Shown here one piece after another: positions 27,868 to 36,882 of a stretch of 56,308 nucleotides of DNA. Position 1 is the first letter of the stretch. Every line of letters starts with the position of its first letter. The translations under genes were made by a program, and so were the position numbers. Source of the DNA: Candidatus Omnitrophota bacterium (GTDB lineage: Bacteria > Omnitrophota > Gorgyraeia > Zapsychrales > Zapsychraceae); contig DOGZ01000035.1 of NCBI GenBank assembly GCA_003528115.1, forward strand, positions 5,674 through 61,981, read 5' to 3'. Under the pieces are notes generated by a model that had not been told where the DNA came from, ran no database searches, and saw nothing but the letters and a program-made list of their open reading frames with translations.

Positions 27868-28995
27868 TTATTCCACGTTCGGTTTTAGGAGGCTTTTTTG
27901 AAAAGATAAATAAAGTTTTGAATTCGTTACATACATCAGAATCGCGTCCCAGCACCATCCCAGGAAAAAGGCGTACAGGGGCATGACCCAGACAAACTGA
28001 CGCTGGACAAACCAGTAGCCTTTATGCAAATCTCCCAGCAGTGCTAATTCGATGGGCAAAACAATCAATAGAAGGAAAAATCCGATTTGTTTAAGACGTA
28101 AAGAATGCGGCAGTAAAAAGGCCAGCCAGATGCCGTTGAGAAAGAATTTGAATTTGAATTTCTTGAAGGCGATCAGGTTATTGGTAACCGTCTCGAAGAA
28201 TTCGTTGAAATTCATCAGGGGATTAGGGATGTAATCAAAGGTATTAATGCCCCGATCCAGGCTGGTCCGGGAGTTGAAATCCGGATTACCGCCGGCATAC
28301 CAGAGAAAGAGGGGAACCGTCACCAGGGTTAAATTGCGTAAAAAAGGCGCCAGTTCTTTCAGGACCTGAGGCAAAGGCGTTTTATCTGTCCTGGCGAGGA
28401 GGAAAAAGGTCATACAGCAAAAAAGAATGAGCATGCCGTAGGCGTGATACAGGACGGTAAAAGTGAAAAAGAGGCCGATCCCGATTTTTTTCCATCGGCT
28501 TAACGACATTGAGTGATTGATGATTAGGTCGGAAAAATAAAAAACGCCGAGGGCCAGGGTCGGCAACACCGCGTAGGGCCGGATCTCAAAGGCATGATAA
28601 ACAAGATTGTGGTTAAAGGAGTAAATGGTAAAGGTAATGAAAAAAGCGAGAAAAGTTTTGAGATGTTTTTGGCAAATACGATACAAGAAGTAAAACCCCA
28701 GAACGCTCGCCAAGATGTGAGGGATCGTCATCCCCCATTTTTCCGGGTGGAAGATTTGGACAAAGGGGTAGGTGATCAGATAATCGCCGGGAAAACAGGT
28801 TAATTCGCCATTGGGAAGCCTCTGCCAAACGGGTTTGAAGGCGCCCAGGGTATTTTTGATTTGAAAAAGTTCATCGTTCCAGAGTTCTCTGGTTTGAAAT
28901 CGGAGATACCGCGCCCACAACCCGCCCGCTAAGAAAACAAGGGCAAGCGTTAAACGGTGGTACCTGGAAATCCATGGGATCAGTTTGTTGATCAT
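27868..28995 (-). CDS. GT-C (PMT/GT39-like) membrane glycosyltransferase candidate, related to 12270..13472
   Basis: LWNDE first-loop motif, EIRPYA, late QRQF; about 9 TM. Confidence 0.68.
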   Translation of the reverse strand: MINKLIPWISRYHRLTLALVFLAGGLWARYLRFQTRELWNDELFQIKNTLGAFKPVWQRLPNGELTCFPGDYLITYPFVQIFHPEKWGMTIPHILASVLGFYFLYRICQKHLKTFLAFFITFTIYSFNHNLVYHAFEIRPYAVLPTLALGVFYFSDLIINHSMSLSRWKKIGIGLFFTFTVLYHAYGMLILFCCMTFFLLARTDKTPLPQVLKELAPFLRNLTLVTVPLFLWYAGGNPDFNSRTSLDRGINTFDYIPNPLMNFNEFFETVTNNLIAFKKFKFKFFLNGIWLAFLLPHSLRLKQIGFFLLLIVLPIELALLGDLHKGYWFVQRQFVWVMPLYAFFLGWCWDAILMYVTNSKLYLSFQKSLLKPNVE

Positions 28996-29201
28996 ATTTT
29001 TCGATGGTAATGAAGTCCCGCGGCTGGTACTGAGTCAACTTAATTGTTGATAGTGGTACACAGTACAACACTGCGCCTTTTCTGAAAATATCTATTAATA
29101 ATTATTTTGACGGCGCACTAGAGCCAGGGTTCTTATTGGAGATTTTTTAGCACTGAAAGTCTTTTAAAGCAAATGCTTTTTAGGTTTCTTCGAATTTTTT
29201 G

Positions 29202-29229
29202 TTGACAGTCAAAGTCATTACCTTATAAT
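29202..29229 (+). promoter_or_regulatory. Consensus sigma70 promoter of the glycan operon
   Basis: TTGACA(29202-29207)-16 bp-TATAAT(29224-29229). Confidence 0.8.
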
Positions 29230-29230
29230 G

Positions 29231-29247
29231 TGTTCACTATTTGAACA
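29231..29247. promoter_or_regulatory. Palindromic operator TGTTCA-N5-TGAACA over the predicted TSS
   Basis: tgttca ctatt tgaaca immediately after the -10 box and upstream of a MarR-type gene. Confidence 0.6.
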
Positions 29248-29261
29248 TGACAGGTCCGACT

Positions 29262-29834
29262 ATGCCCAAAGACACATTGAACGAAAGAGAATTTGAGTTA
29301 ATCAATATCATTGGATCGAATCTTGGTTCGAATCAACGAGATTTGTCTCGCCAGTTAGATCTTTCCCTGGGGCTTACCAACATGCTGATCCGCCGGCTCG
29401 TCGCCAAGGGTTTTATCCGGATCAGCCAATTGAACAAGCGTAAAGTCCAGTATCTCCTGACCCCCAAAGGATTCTCCGAAAAAATGCGCAAGTCTGTCAA
29501 GTACACCCTCAAGACCATTCATTCCATGGGATTAATTAAAGAGAGGATTAAAGAGGTTGTTGTTAAATTGTACACCGAAGGGGAACGGCATTTCACGGTG
29601 CTGGGGAAATCCGATTTCGCGTTACTCATTGAAATGGTTTTTAAGGACATGGGAATGACCGATTACAAAATTACGTATGTCGAGGAATTCCCGCCGGGAA
29701 ACATTAAAGGAACGTTACTGATCTGTAAAGAGGATATCCAAAGGGACAAGATAAACAGTATTCCAATGATTAATCTGGTTCAGGAATTAGCCAGAGATCA
29801 ATCTTTTATGTGGCATAAGGGGGATGAAAGATGA
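29262..29834 (+). CDS. EPS-associated MarR-family winged-helix regulator
   Basis: NQRDLSRQLDLSLGLTN...YLLTPKGFSEK as in the TIGR04176-type family. ORF track starts at 29241; ATG 29262 preferred. Confidence 0.88.
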   Translation: MPKDTLNEREFELINIIGSNLGSNQRDLSRQLDLSLGLTNMLIRRLVAKGFIRISQLNKRKVQYLLTPKGFSEKMRKSVKYTLKTIHSMGLIKERIKEVVVKLYTEGERHFTVLGKSDFALLIEMVFKDMGMTDYKITYVEEFPPGNIKGTLLICKEDIQRDKINSIPMINLVQELARDQSFMWHKGDER

Positions 29835-30874
29835 GCGCGAAGATATTAGACAACAAAACGATTTTAGTGACCGGCGGAACAGGTTCATTCGGGAAGAAGT
29901 TGATACAGATTGTCCTGACGGAATATAAACCCAAACGTTTGCTTATTTTCAGCCGTGATGAGTTGAAGCAGTTTGAAATGACGCAGAAATGGAGTCCTTC
30001 TAAGTATCCGTGTCTGGAATATGTGCTGGGAGATGTCAGAGACAAGGACCGGCTTTGCCGGGTTTTTGAAGGGGTGGATTATGTGGTTCACGCCGCCGCC
30101 TTGAAACAGGTCCCCGCGGCTGAAAGAAATCCGGAAGAATATATCAAAACCAATGTGATCGGCGCCATGAATATCATTGCCGCCGCCCTTCAGAATAAAG
30201 TCCAGAAAGTCATCGCCCTCTCAACGGACAAGGCCTGTAATCCGATCAATCTTTATGGGGCCACGAAACTGTGCTCCGACAAATTGTTTGTGGCGGAATA
30301 CAATGATCCTTTCGCGAATCGAACCAAATTCGCGGTGGTGCGTTATGGCAATGTCTTGGGAAGCAGGGGCTCCGTGATCCCGTTTTTCCAGGAACGCGCC
30401 AAGACCGGCGTATTACCGATTACCGATCCGGAAATGACGCGTTTCTGGATCACGTTGGACCAGGCGGTCCATTTTGTCATTAAGTGCTTGGCCATGGCCA
30501 AGGGGGGAGAAATCTTTGTGCCCCGCATCCCTTCTATGAAGATCGTCGACCTGGCCCAGGCCATCGCTCCGAAATGCAAGCGGGAAGTCGTCGGGATCAG
30601 GCCTGGAGAAAAGATCCATGAGACATTAATCAGTGAAGATGAGGCCCGAAGCACGGTCCGGTTTAAAGAATGTTTTATTGTTCAGCAAAACGGGCATTTG
30701 AGGAAAAACCTTGCTTCTCAAAAAGGAAAAGAGTGTTCCGCGGGTTTCGGCTATACCTCCGACCGCAATACCGACTGGATGACCGTGAAAGACCTGAAAG
30801 TCCTTGTGAATAAAATTTCCGATGATTATGCCATCGAGGAATCACGCTGGTCGATGGATGATGTGCCGGAATAA
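29831..30874 (+). CDS. pseB: UDP-N-acetylglucosamine 4,6-dehydratase (inverting)
   Basis: TGGTGSFG, SRDELKQ, HAAALKQVP, LSTDKA, NLYGATK, RYGNV-GSRGSV, GIRPGEKIHE. Confidence 0.92.
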   Translation: MSAKILDNKTILVTGGTGSFGKKLIQIVLTEYKPKRLLIFSRDELKQFEMTQKWSPSKYPCLEYVLGDVRDKDRLCRVFEGVDYVVHAAALKQVPAAERNPEEYIKTNVIGAMNIIAAALQNKVQKVIALSTDKACNPINLYGATKLCSDKLFVAEYNDPFANRTKFAVVRYGNVLGSRGSVIPFFQERAKTGVLPITDPEMTRFWITLDQAVHFVIKCLAMAKGGEIFVPRIPSMKIVDLAQAIAPKCKREVVGIRPGEKIHETLISEDEARSTVRFKECFIVQQNGHLRKNLASQKGKECSAGFGYTSDRNTDWMTVKDLKVLVNKISDDYAIEESRWSMDDVPE

Positions 30875-30943
30875 CGCCTTCACGGGTACCGATGGTTGAA
30901 GAGGAAGAATAGACAGTTCTTGACAAAAGTAAAGGATTGAATC

Positions 30944-31948
30944 ATGGAAAGCAAAAATGTTCTTGTCACCGGCGGGGCGGGGTTTATCGGGAGCCACCTG
31001 GTTGACCGTTTAGTTCAAGAAGGCCATCGGGTCACGGTCTTGGATAATTATTCCACGGGCCGTCCGGATAATTTAGCCCATCAGCAGGGAAAGATCCGTT
31101 TAGCGCAGGCGGATATCCGGGATTTTGAGAAAATTCTTCCCTACTTTCAGGGGATGGACATGGTTTTTCATATGGCCGCGTTGGCGGACATCGTGCCTTC
31201 GATGGTAAATCCCCGGGAATATTACACGTCGAATGTGACCGGAACGATGCATGTGGTGGAGGCCTCCCGGTTATCCAAAGTCAAAAAGTTTCTTTATACA
31301 GCCTCGTCTTCCTGTTACGGCATCCCGCCTAAAGAATATTACCCGACCCCTGAAACAGCGCCGATAAGTCCTCAATACCCGTACGCCCTCACGAAATATT
31401 TAGGAGAAGAAACAGCCCTTCATTGGGGGCAGGTCTATCAGATGGATGTGGTGTCCTTGCGATTATTTAATGTCTACGGCCCGCGTTCAAGGACGTCCGG
31501 GACCTACGGCGCGGTCTTTGGGGTTTTTCTGGCGCAGAAAATAAATAACAAGCCATTTACCGTCGTAGGCGATGGGACGCAGACCAGGGACTTTACGTAC
31601 GTGTCGGACGTGGTCGATGCTTTTCTAACGGCCGCGTACGCCGATGTGAGAAATGAAATCTTCAACGTCGGGACGGGAAACCCTCAGAGCATTAATCGAT
31701 TGGTTTCGTTATTAGAAGGGGAAAAGGTGCATATCCCCAAAAGGCCCGGGGAACCGGATTGTACCTGGGCGGATATCCGTAAAATTAAAAATAAACTCGG
31801 CTGGGAATCCAGGGTTTCTATGGAAGAAGGGGTGCGGAAGATTTTGGCCAATATTGAATATTGGCGCCAGGCCCCGCTCTGGACGCCGCAGACCATTGCC
31901 AAGGCCACGGAAGACTGGTTTAAATACCTGGTTAAGGAAGAAAAGTGA
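30944..31948 (+). CDS. NAD-dependent NDP-sugar epimerase/dehydratase (extended SDR)
   Basis: TGGAGFIGSH, ASSSCYG, YALTK, NVYGPR, RDFTYV. Confidence 0.92.
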   Translation: MESKNVLVTGGAGFIGSHLVDRLVQEGHRVTVLDNYSTGRPDNLAHQQGKIRLAQADIRDFEKILPYFQGMDMVFHMAALADIVPSMVNPREYYTSNVTGTMHVVEASRLSKVKKFLYTASSSCYGIPPKEYYPTPETAPISPQYPYALTKYLGEETALHWGQVYQMDVVSLRLFNVYGPRSRTSGTYGAVFGVFLAQKINNKPFTVVGDGTQTRDFTYVSDVVDAFLTAAYADVRNEIFNVGTGNPQSINRLVSLLEGEKVHIPKRPGEPDCTWADIRKIKNKLGWESRVSMEEGVRKILANIEYWRQAPLWTPQTIAKATEDWFKYLVKEEK

Positions 31949-33483
31949 GCACCCTGACAGCGATTTCGAATAAAATCAAAACACCCCAGGAACTTTCCAG
32001 GGTCGTTGAGAAAATGAAACAAAAAGGGAAGAAGGTCGTCTTGTGTCACGGCGTTTTCGACCTTGTTCATCTGGGACATATCCGGCATTTTAATATGGCC
32101 AAGAAGGAAGGGGATATCCTGATTGTGAGTTTGACGCGGGATAAATACGTCAAGCGAGGGCCGGGCCGTCCCATATTTAACGAGCATTTACGGGCCGAGA
32201 CCCTGGCCTCTTTGGCCATGACGGATTATGTCTCTATTGTCGACTCGACGACCGCCACGGACTTTATTAAAAAAGTTAAACCCGACATTTATGCCAAAGG
32301 CGTTGAATATAAACAAAAAGAAAAAGATGTTACCGGAAAGATTTATGAAGAGGAAGAGGCCATCCGGTCCGTCGGAGGGCGAATCGTGTTCACCGACGAC
32401 ATCACGTTCAGTTCCTCAACGCTCATCAACAGCTACCTGGATGTGTATCCCCCCAGGACCGTGAAATATTTAAGGGCGATCGCGAAAAGACACTCCATCG
32501 AGTTTATTATCGATTCATTGCAAAAACTTAAGAACATGAAAGCCTTGGTCATCGGTGACGCCATCATCGATCAGTATCATTACACCCACTCCATGGGAAA
32601 ATCGTCTAAAGAGCATCTCATCGTCAACCGGCATGTCTCACAGGAGATGTTCGCGGGAGGAAGTCTGGCCACGGCCAATAACGCGGCCAGTGTTTGCGGG
32701 AAAGTGGATCTGTTGACGGTCCTGGGAGAAAAGGATTCTCATCGGGAGTTTATTGAACGGAAATTAAATCCGAACATTCATCCGATATTTTTTGTCCGGC
32801 CGGAAACCGGCACGATCGTCAAGAGAAGATATGTGGATCAGTACAGCAATAGAAAGCTCTTTGAAATTTGTTTTATGAGGGATGACGATATCCCCAAGAG
32901 CGTTGAGACCAAGATCGCGCAAAAAATCGAGAAAATCATCGGTCAATACGACTTGGTCATTGTCTCTGATTTCGGGCATGGATTGTTGACCAGCAGGATC
33001 ATTCAGCTTATCTGCGCCAAGTCTAAATATCTCGCCCTTAATGTTCAAACGAACAGCGCGAATCTCGGGTACAATCTGGTGACAAAATATCCCAAGGCCA
33101 ATTGCGTCTGCGTTGATGAGATGGAATTGAGACTGGCTTCGCATGATAAATTCAGCGATATCCGCGCCTTGACCAAGAATGTTTATAATCAAATGGGATG
33201 CGAAGTGATGATTGCCACGCGGGGGGCTTCGGGGTCCTTATGTTATTCAAGGACGGAAGGGTATCATGAAACGCCGGCCTTCGCGTACCGGGTGGTGGAT
33301 CCCATTGGGGCCGGAGACGCCTTTTTTGCCTTTGTGGGCCCCTGTTTCGCTTCGGGGATGTCCCAGGATTTGGTGTCTTTTATCGGCAACGCCGTCGGTT
33401 CGCTGGCTGTTCAGATCGTCTGCAACCGGGAACCGGTCAATTTCGTGGACTTAAGCAAATTTATCACGAGGTTATTAAAATGA
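31945..33483 (+). CDS. Nucleotidyltransferase-PfkB kinase fusion (HldE/RfaE-like, reversed domain order)
   Basis: N-terminal HGVFDLVHLGH...KGVEY...SSSTLI; C-terminal VIGD, SDFGHG, DPIGAGDAF. Confidence 0.88.
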   Translation: MSTLTAISNKIKTPQELSRVVEKMKQKGKKVVLCHGVFDLVHLGHIRHFNMAKKEGDILIVSLTRDKYVKRGPGRPIFNEHLRAETLASLAMTDYVSIVDSTTATDFIKKVKPDIYAKGVEYKQKEKDVTGKIYEEEEAIRSVGGRIVFTDDITFSSSTLINSYLDVYPPRTVKYLRAIAKRHSIEFIIDSLQKLKNMKALVIGDAIIDQYHYTHSMGKSSKEHLIVNRHVSQEMFAGGSLATANNAASVCGKVDLLTVLGEKDSHREFIERKLNPNIHPIFFVRPETGTIVKRRYVDQYSNRKLFEICFMRDDDIPKSVETKIAQKIEKIIGQYDLVIVSDFGHGLLTSRIIQLICAKSKYLALNVQTNSANLGYNLVTKYPKANCVCVDEMELRLASHDKFSDIRALTKNVYNQMGCEVMIATRGASGSLCYSRTEGYHETPAFAYRVVDPIGAGDAFFAFVGPCFASGMSQDLVSFIGNAVGSLAVQIVCNREPVNFVDLSKFITRLLK

Positions 33484-34079
33484 TCGAGCAAATCAAAAAT
33501 CATCGGAACATGCTCAAAGAATTATACGATGGCGTCGTCGCCACGGATCATCGCGGGAACGCGTTGCCGCTGGACGGGGCTTTGGAGAAAGTCATTCATG
33601 TTATTTGCGAGCAGGCCTGTCAAAAGCGCAAATTAATATTTATCGGTAATGGTGGAAGCGCGGCGATTGCCAGTCATATGGCCGTCGATTTCTGGAAGAA
33701 TATCGGGATCAAGGCGATCACGTTCAACGACAGCACCTTGTTGACCTGTCTGAGCAACGATATCGGGTACGCGTACGCGTTTGAGAAATCCATAGAAATA
33801 TTCGGGGAAGAGGGCGATGTGTTGATGGCCATCAGCAGTTCGGGGAAGTCTGAGAATATTTTACGCGGCGTGGCCGCGGCCAAGAAAAAAAGGTTGAAGG
33901 TCGTGACGTTTTCCGGTTTTGACGAGCACAATCCGTTAAGAAGCGAAGGGGAATACAATTTTTATGTGCCCATCGCTGAATATGGCTATGTGGAAGCGAT
34001 CCATCATTTGTTGTGTCATTGTTTGGTGGATATTTTATTACTGAACAAGTCGAGACTCAGTGAAATAACCCATGTCTAA
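33480..34079 (+). CDS. gmhA: SIS-domain phosphoheptose isomerase-like protein
   Basis: IGNGGSAAIASH, SND-GY, ISSSGKSEN, EAIH. Confidence 0.8.
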   Translation: MIEQIKNHRNMLKELYDGVVATDHRGNALPLDGALEKVIHVICEQACQKRKLIFIGNGGSAAIASHMAVDFWKNIGIKAITFNDSTLLTCLSNDIGYAYAFEKSIEIFGEEGDVLMAISSSGKSENILRGVAAAKKKRLKVVTFSGFDEHNPLRSEGEYNFYVPIAEYGYVEAIHHLLCHCLVDILLLNKSRLSEITHV

Positions 34080-34093
34080 GAGCAGGATCAAGT

Positions 34094-35167
34094 ATGCAGG
34101 CGGATAAGTACAGAATCGATAAGCACAAGCTGATGTATCACGTCCCCAGGGTCAATGACTGGTTGGGAGGAAAGAATATTTATCCCATTTACATGGAAGT
34201 CAGTCCGTCGGGAGCCTGCAATCATCGCTGCACGTTTTGCGGTCTGGATTTTATGGGATACAAAAACCGGCAACTGAAGACGGAGTTATTCAAAGAGAGA
34301 CTTTCAGAGATGGGGAAGCTGGGACTAAGAAGCATTATGTATGCCGGAGAGGGAGAACCTTTTTTGCATCAGGAGATGGCGGAAATCGCGCGGCATACAA
34401 AAAAGTCCGGAATAGACGTGGCTTTTACGACCAACGGGACGCTCATGAAAGAGGAAACCGCCGGAAAAATTCTCGATGTGACGGACTGGATCAAGGTGAG
34501 TATCAACGCGGCGACGCAGGAGACGTATGCAAAAATTCACAGGGCCAAAGACAGAGATTTTCAGCGGGTGATTGATAATATGCGCAAGGCCGCGGAGCTG
34601 CGCCGTGAAATGAAGGCGGCGTGCACGTTAGGAATGCAGATGGTGTTATTGCCGGAAAACAAAAGCGAAGCGGTGCCCCTGGCGCAAATCGCGCGGGATA
34701 TCGGTATGGATTATTTGGTTGTCAAACCCTATTCCCAGCACACCCAAAGTAAAACGGATCAGTATAAATCTATAAAGTACGATGAATATCAGTTGTTGAG
34801 CGCGGAGTTGAAGAAGTTTAACTCCGATCATTTTCAAGTCATCTTCCGTTCGCAGACAATGCAGAAGTGGGACGCCGCGGAACACCGCTATGAGCGCTGT
34901 ATCGCGCTTCCTTTCTGGTCGTACATCGACGCCGGCGGCAATGTCTGGGGATGCAGTGTTTATCTGAATGACGACCGGTTTTTGTACGGGAATATTTATG
35001 AGCAGACCTTCAGGGAAATATGGGAAGGTGAAAAAAGAAGGAAGTCTCTTTCGTGGGTCGAAGGGCAGATGGATGTTTCCTGTTGCCGCGTTAATTGCCG
35101 GATGGATGAGATCAATCGGTACCTTTGGGAGTTAAAGAATCCAGTCGAGCACGTGAATTTTATTTAA
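34094..35167 (+). CDS. Radical SAM protein with C-terminal SPASM/twitch-like domain
   Basis: CNHRCTFC, GEGEP, TTNG; C-terminal C...VWGC...GNIYEQTFREIW...CRVNC. Confidence 0.92.
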   Translation: MQADKYRIDKHKLMYHVPRVNDWLGGKNIYPIYMEVSPSGACNHRCTFCGLDFMGYKNRQLKTELFKERLSEMGKLGLRSIMYAGEGEPFLHQEMAEIARHTKKSGIDVAFTTNGTLMKEETAGKILDVTDWIKVSINAATQETYAKIHRAKDRDFQRVIDNMRKAAELRREMKAACTLGMQMVLLPENKSEAVPLAQIARDIGMDYLVVKPYSQHTQSKTDQYKSIKYDEYQLLSAELKKFNSDHFQVIFRSQTMQKWDAAEHRYERCIALPFWSYIDAGGNVWGCSVYLNDDRFLYGNIYEQTFREIWEGEKRRKSLSWVEGQMDVSCCRVNCRMDEINRYLWELKNPVEHVNFI

Positions 35168-35188
35168 AGGATATAAGGGGTTTGTCCG

Positions 35189-35815
35189 TTGAAGTACATT
35201 TTAGGAGTTGATTTTGATAATACGATTGTGACGTATGATGAGGTTTTGCATCATAAAGCTGTCGCATGGGGAATGATCGGCGTTGATGAAAGAAAAAACA
35301 AAAAGAATATTCGGGATAAAATCCGTCAATTGCCTGACGGAGAAACCGCGTGGCAAAGGCTTCAGGCCTACGCGTATGGCCAGGCCATGGATGAGGCCAG
35401 GCTGATTGAGGGTGTGAAGATGTTCTTTCATGCCTGCAAGAACGACGGAATCAGGGTTTCCATTATCAGTCATAAGACGGAGTTCGCGGCTAGGGATGAA
35501 TACGGCATTAATCTGCGTGAGGCCGCCGGGACGTGGATGATCAGGAACGGGTTTTTTGATAAAGACGGTTTGGGTTTACGTCAAGAAAACATCTATTTTG
35601 AACCGACCCGGCAAAATAAGATCGCGCGCGTCAAAACTCTGGGGTGTACGCATTTCATCGATGATCTGGAGGAGACCTTTTTGGAAGATTCCTTCCCTGA
35701 AGCCGTGGAGAAGATTCTTTATGATCCTTATCAGCAGCAATCCGTCGTTTCTCCTATAAAAAGTTTTGTTTCCTGGAAGGCGATTTATGATTATTTCTTT
35801 GAAAGACGCGGATAA
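35189..35815 (+). CDS. HAD-superfamily phosphatase-like protein
   Basis: GVDFDNTI (motif I), SHK, THFIDD (motif IV). Confidence 0.75.
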   Translation: MKYILGVDFDNTIVTYDEVLHHKAVAWGMIGVDERKNKKNIRDKIRQLPDGETAWQRLQAYAYGQAMDEARLIEGVKMFFHACKNDGIRVSIISHKTEFAARDEYGINLREAAGTWMIRNGFFDKDGLGLRQENIYFEPTRQNKIARVKTLGCTHFIDDLEETFLEDSFPEAVEKILYDPYQQQSVVSPIKSFVSWKAIYDYFFERRG

Positions 35816-36869
35816 TCTGACTTTAGATAAGATCAAGACCGTGGCCGCGGATATCCTCGGACAGCCGATCCGTCGTGTGGAAAGAATGACCGGCGGGGGG
35901 AACAGCAAAGTTTACCGGCTTATGGCTGAAGATCTAAAATTGTATGTGTTTAAACTGTATTTTTCTCATGAGGAAGATCCGCGGGACCGGGTGGGGAATG
36001 AATTTTCAAGTCTTTTGTTTCTCTGGAACAATGGGTTGAGGCATATTCCTCGTCCGGTTGCCATGAACAGGGACCAGGGTTGCGCGGTCTATGAATTTGT
36101 GGAAGGGGAAAAAATTAATACACGGGATGTGAATGCCCAAGAGATGGATGAGGCCCTGGATTTTCTGACAACATTAAAAGAATTGAGAAATAAAACAGCA
36201 ACGCATCAGTTCGCGCGCGCCTCTGAAGCATGCTTTTCAGCAAAAGAGGCTGTTACGAATATACAGTCAAGATTAGAAAAATTGATGAGTCAAGAAAATA
36301 AGGGGGATGGATACGATGAGCTGAGGGCGTACTTACATCATGATTTTATCCCTTTTTTTGAAGTCTTGACCGGCTGGGGGCAAGAAAGATATAGAGAACA
36401 TCATTGGTTTTTTGATACGGACATCAGCATATCGCAAAGGGTTTTGAGCCCTTCGGATTTTGGTTTTCATAATGCGATTCGCGGTCCCAGCGGCCGGATC
36501 GTTTTTCTGGATTTTGAATATTTCGGCTGGGATGACCCGGCGAAAATGATCGCGGATTTTCTCCTTCATCCGGCGATGAACCTTGGGGAGGATCTCAAGC
36601 GGCGCTTCGCCGTTAAGGTCTATGATATTTTTGTGGAAGATGATCACCTGGAGCGGCGAGCGGCTGTCTTATATCCTTTTTTCGGGCTCAAGTGGTGTTT
36701 AATCTTCTTGAATGAATTCCTTCCGGGCGGCCTCAAGCGACGGGGGTGGGAGATGCCGAGTCACGCGGATCGAAAAGAAATACGGCAGAAGCAATTGCTG
36801 AAGGCCAGGAATATGTTGAGCAAAATGAAGGAGACTTATAAAGAATTTCCTTATCATCGATGCAACTAA
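35766..36869 (+). CDS. Aminoglycoside-phosphotransferase/choline-kinase-like protein (start uncertain)
   Basis: GGGNSKVY, K, SPSDFGFHN, FLDFEYFGWDDP. Confidence 0.82.
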   Translation: MFPGRRFMIISLKDADNLTLDKIKTVAADILGQPIRRVERMTGGGNSKVYRLMAEDLKLYVFKLYFSHEEDPRDRVGNEFSSLLFLWNNGLRHIPRPVAMNRDQGCAVYEFVEGEKINTRDVNAQEMDEALDFLTTLKELRNKTATHQFARASEACFSAKEAVTNIQSRLEKLMSQENKGDGYDELRAYLHHDFIPFFEVLTGWGQERYREHHWFFDTDISISQRVLSPSDFGFHNAIRGPSGRIVFLDFEYFGWDDPAKMIADFLLHPAMNLGEDLKRRFAVKVYDIFVEDDHLERRAAVLYPFFGLKWCLIFLNEFLPGGLKRRGWEMPSHADRKEIRQKQLLKARNMLSKMKETYKEFPYHRCN

Positions 36870-36882
36870 AGTCAGAGGGCGT

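Noticed and set aside
35766-36869. Aminoglycoside resistance gene
   Set aside because: APH-like fold only; embedded in a sugar-biosynthesis operon.
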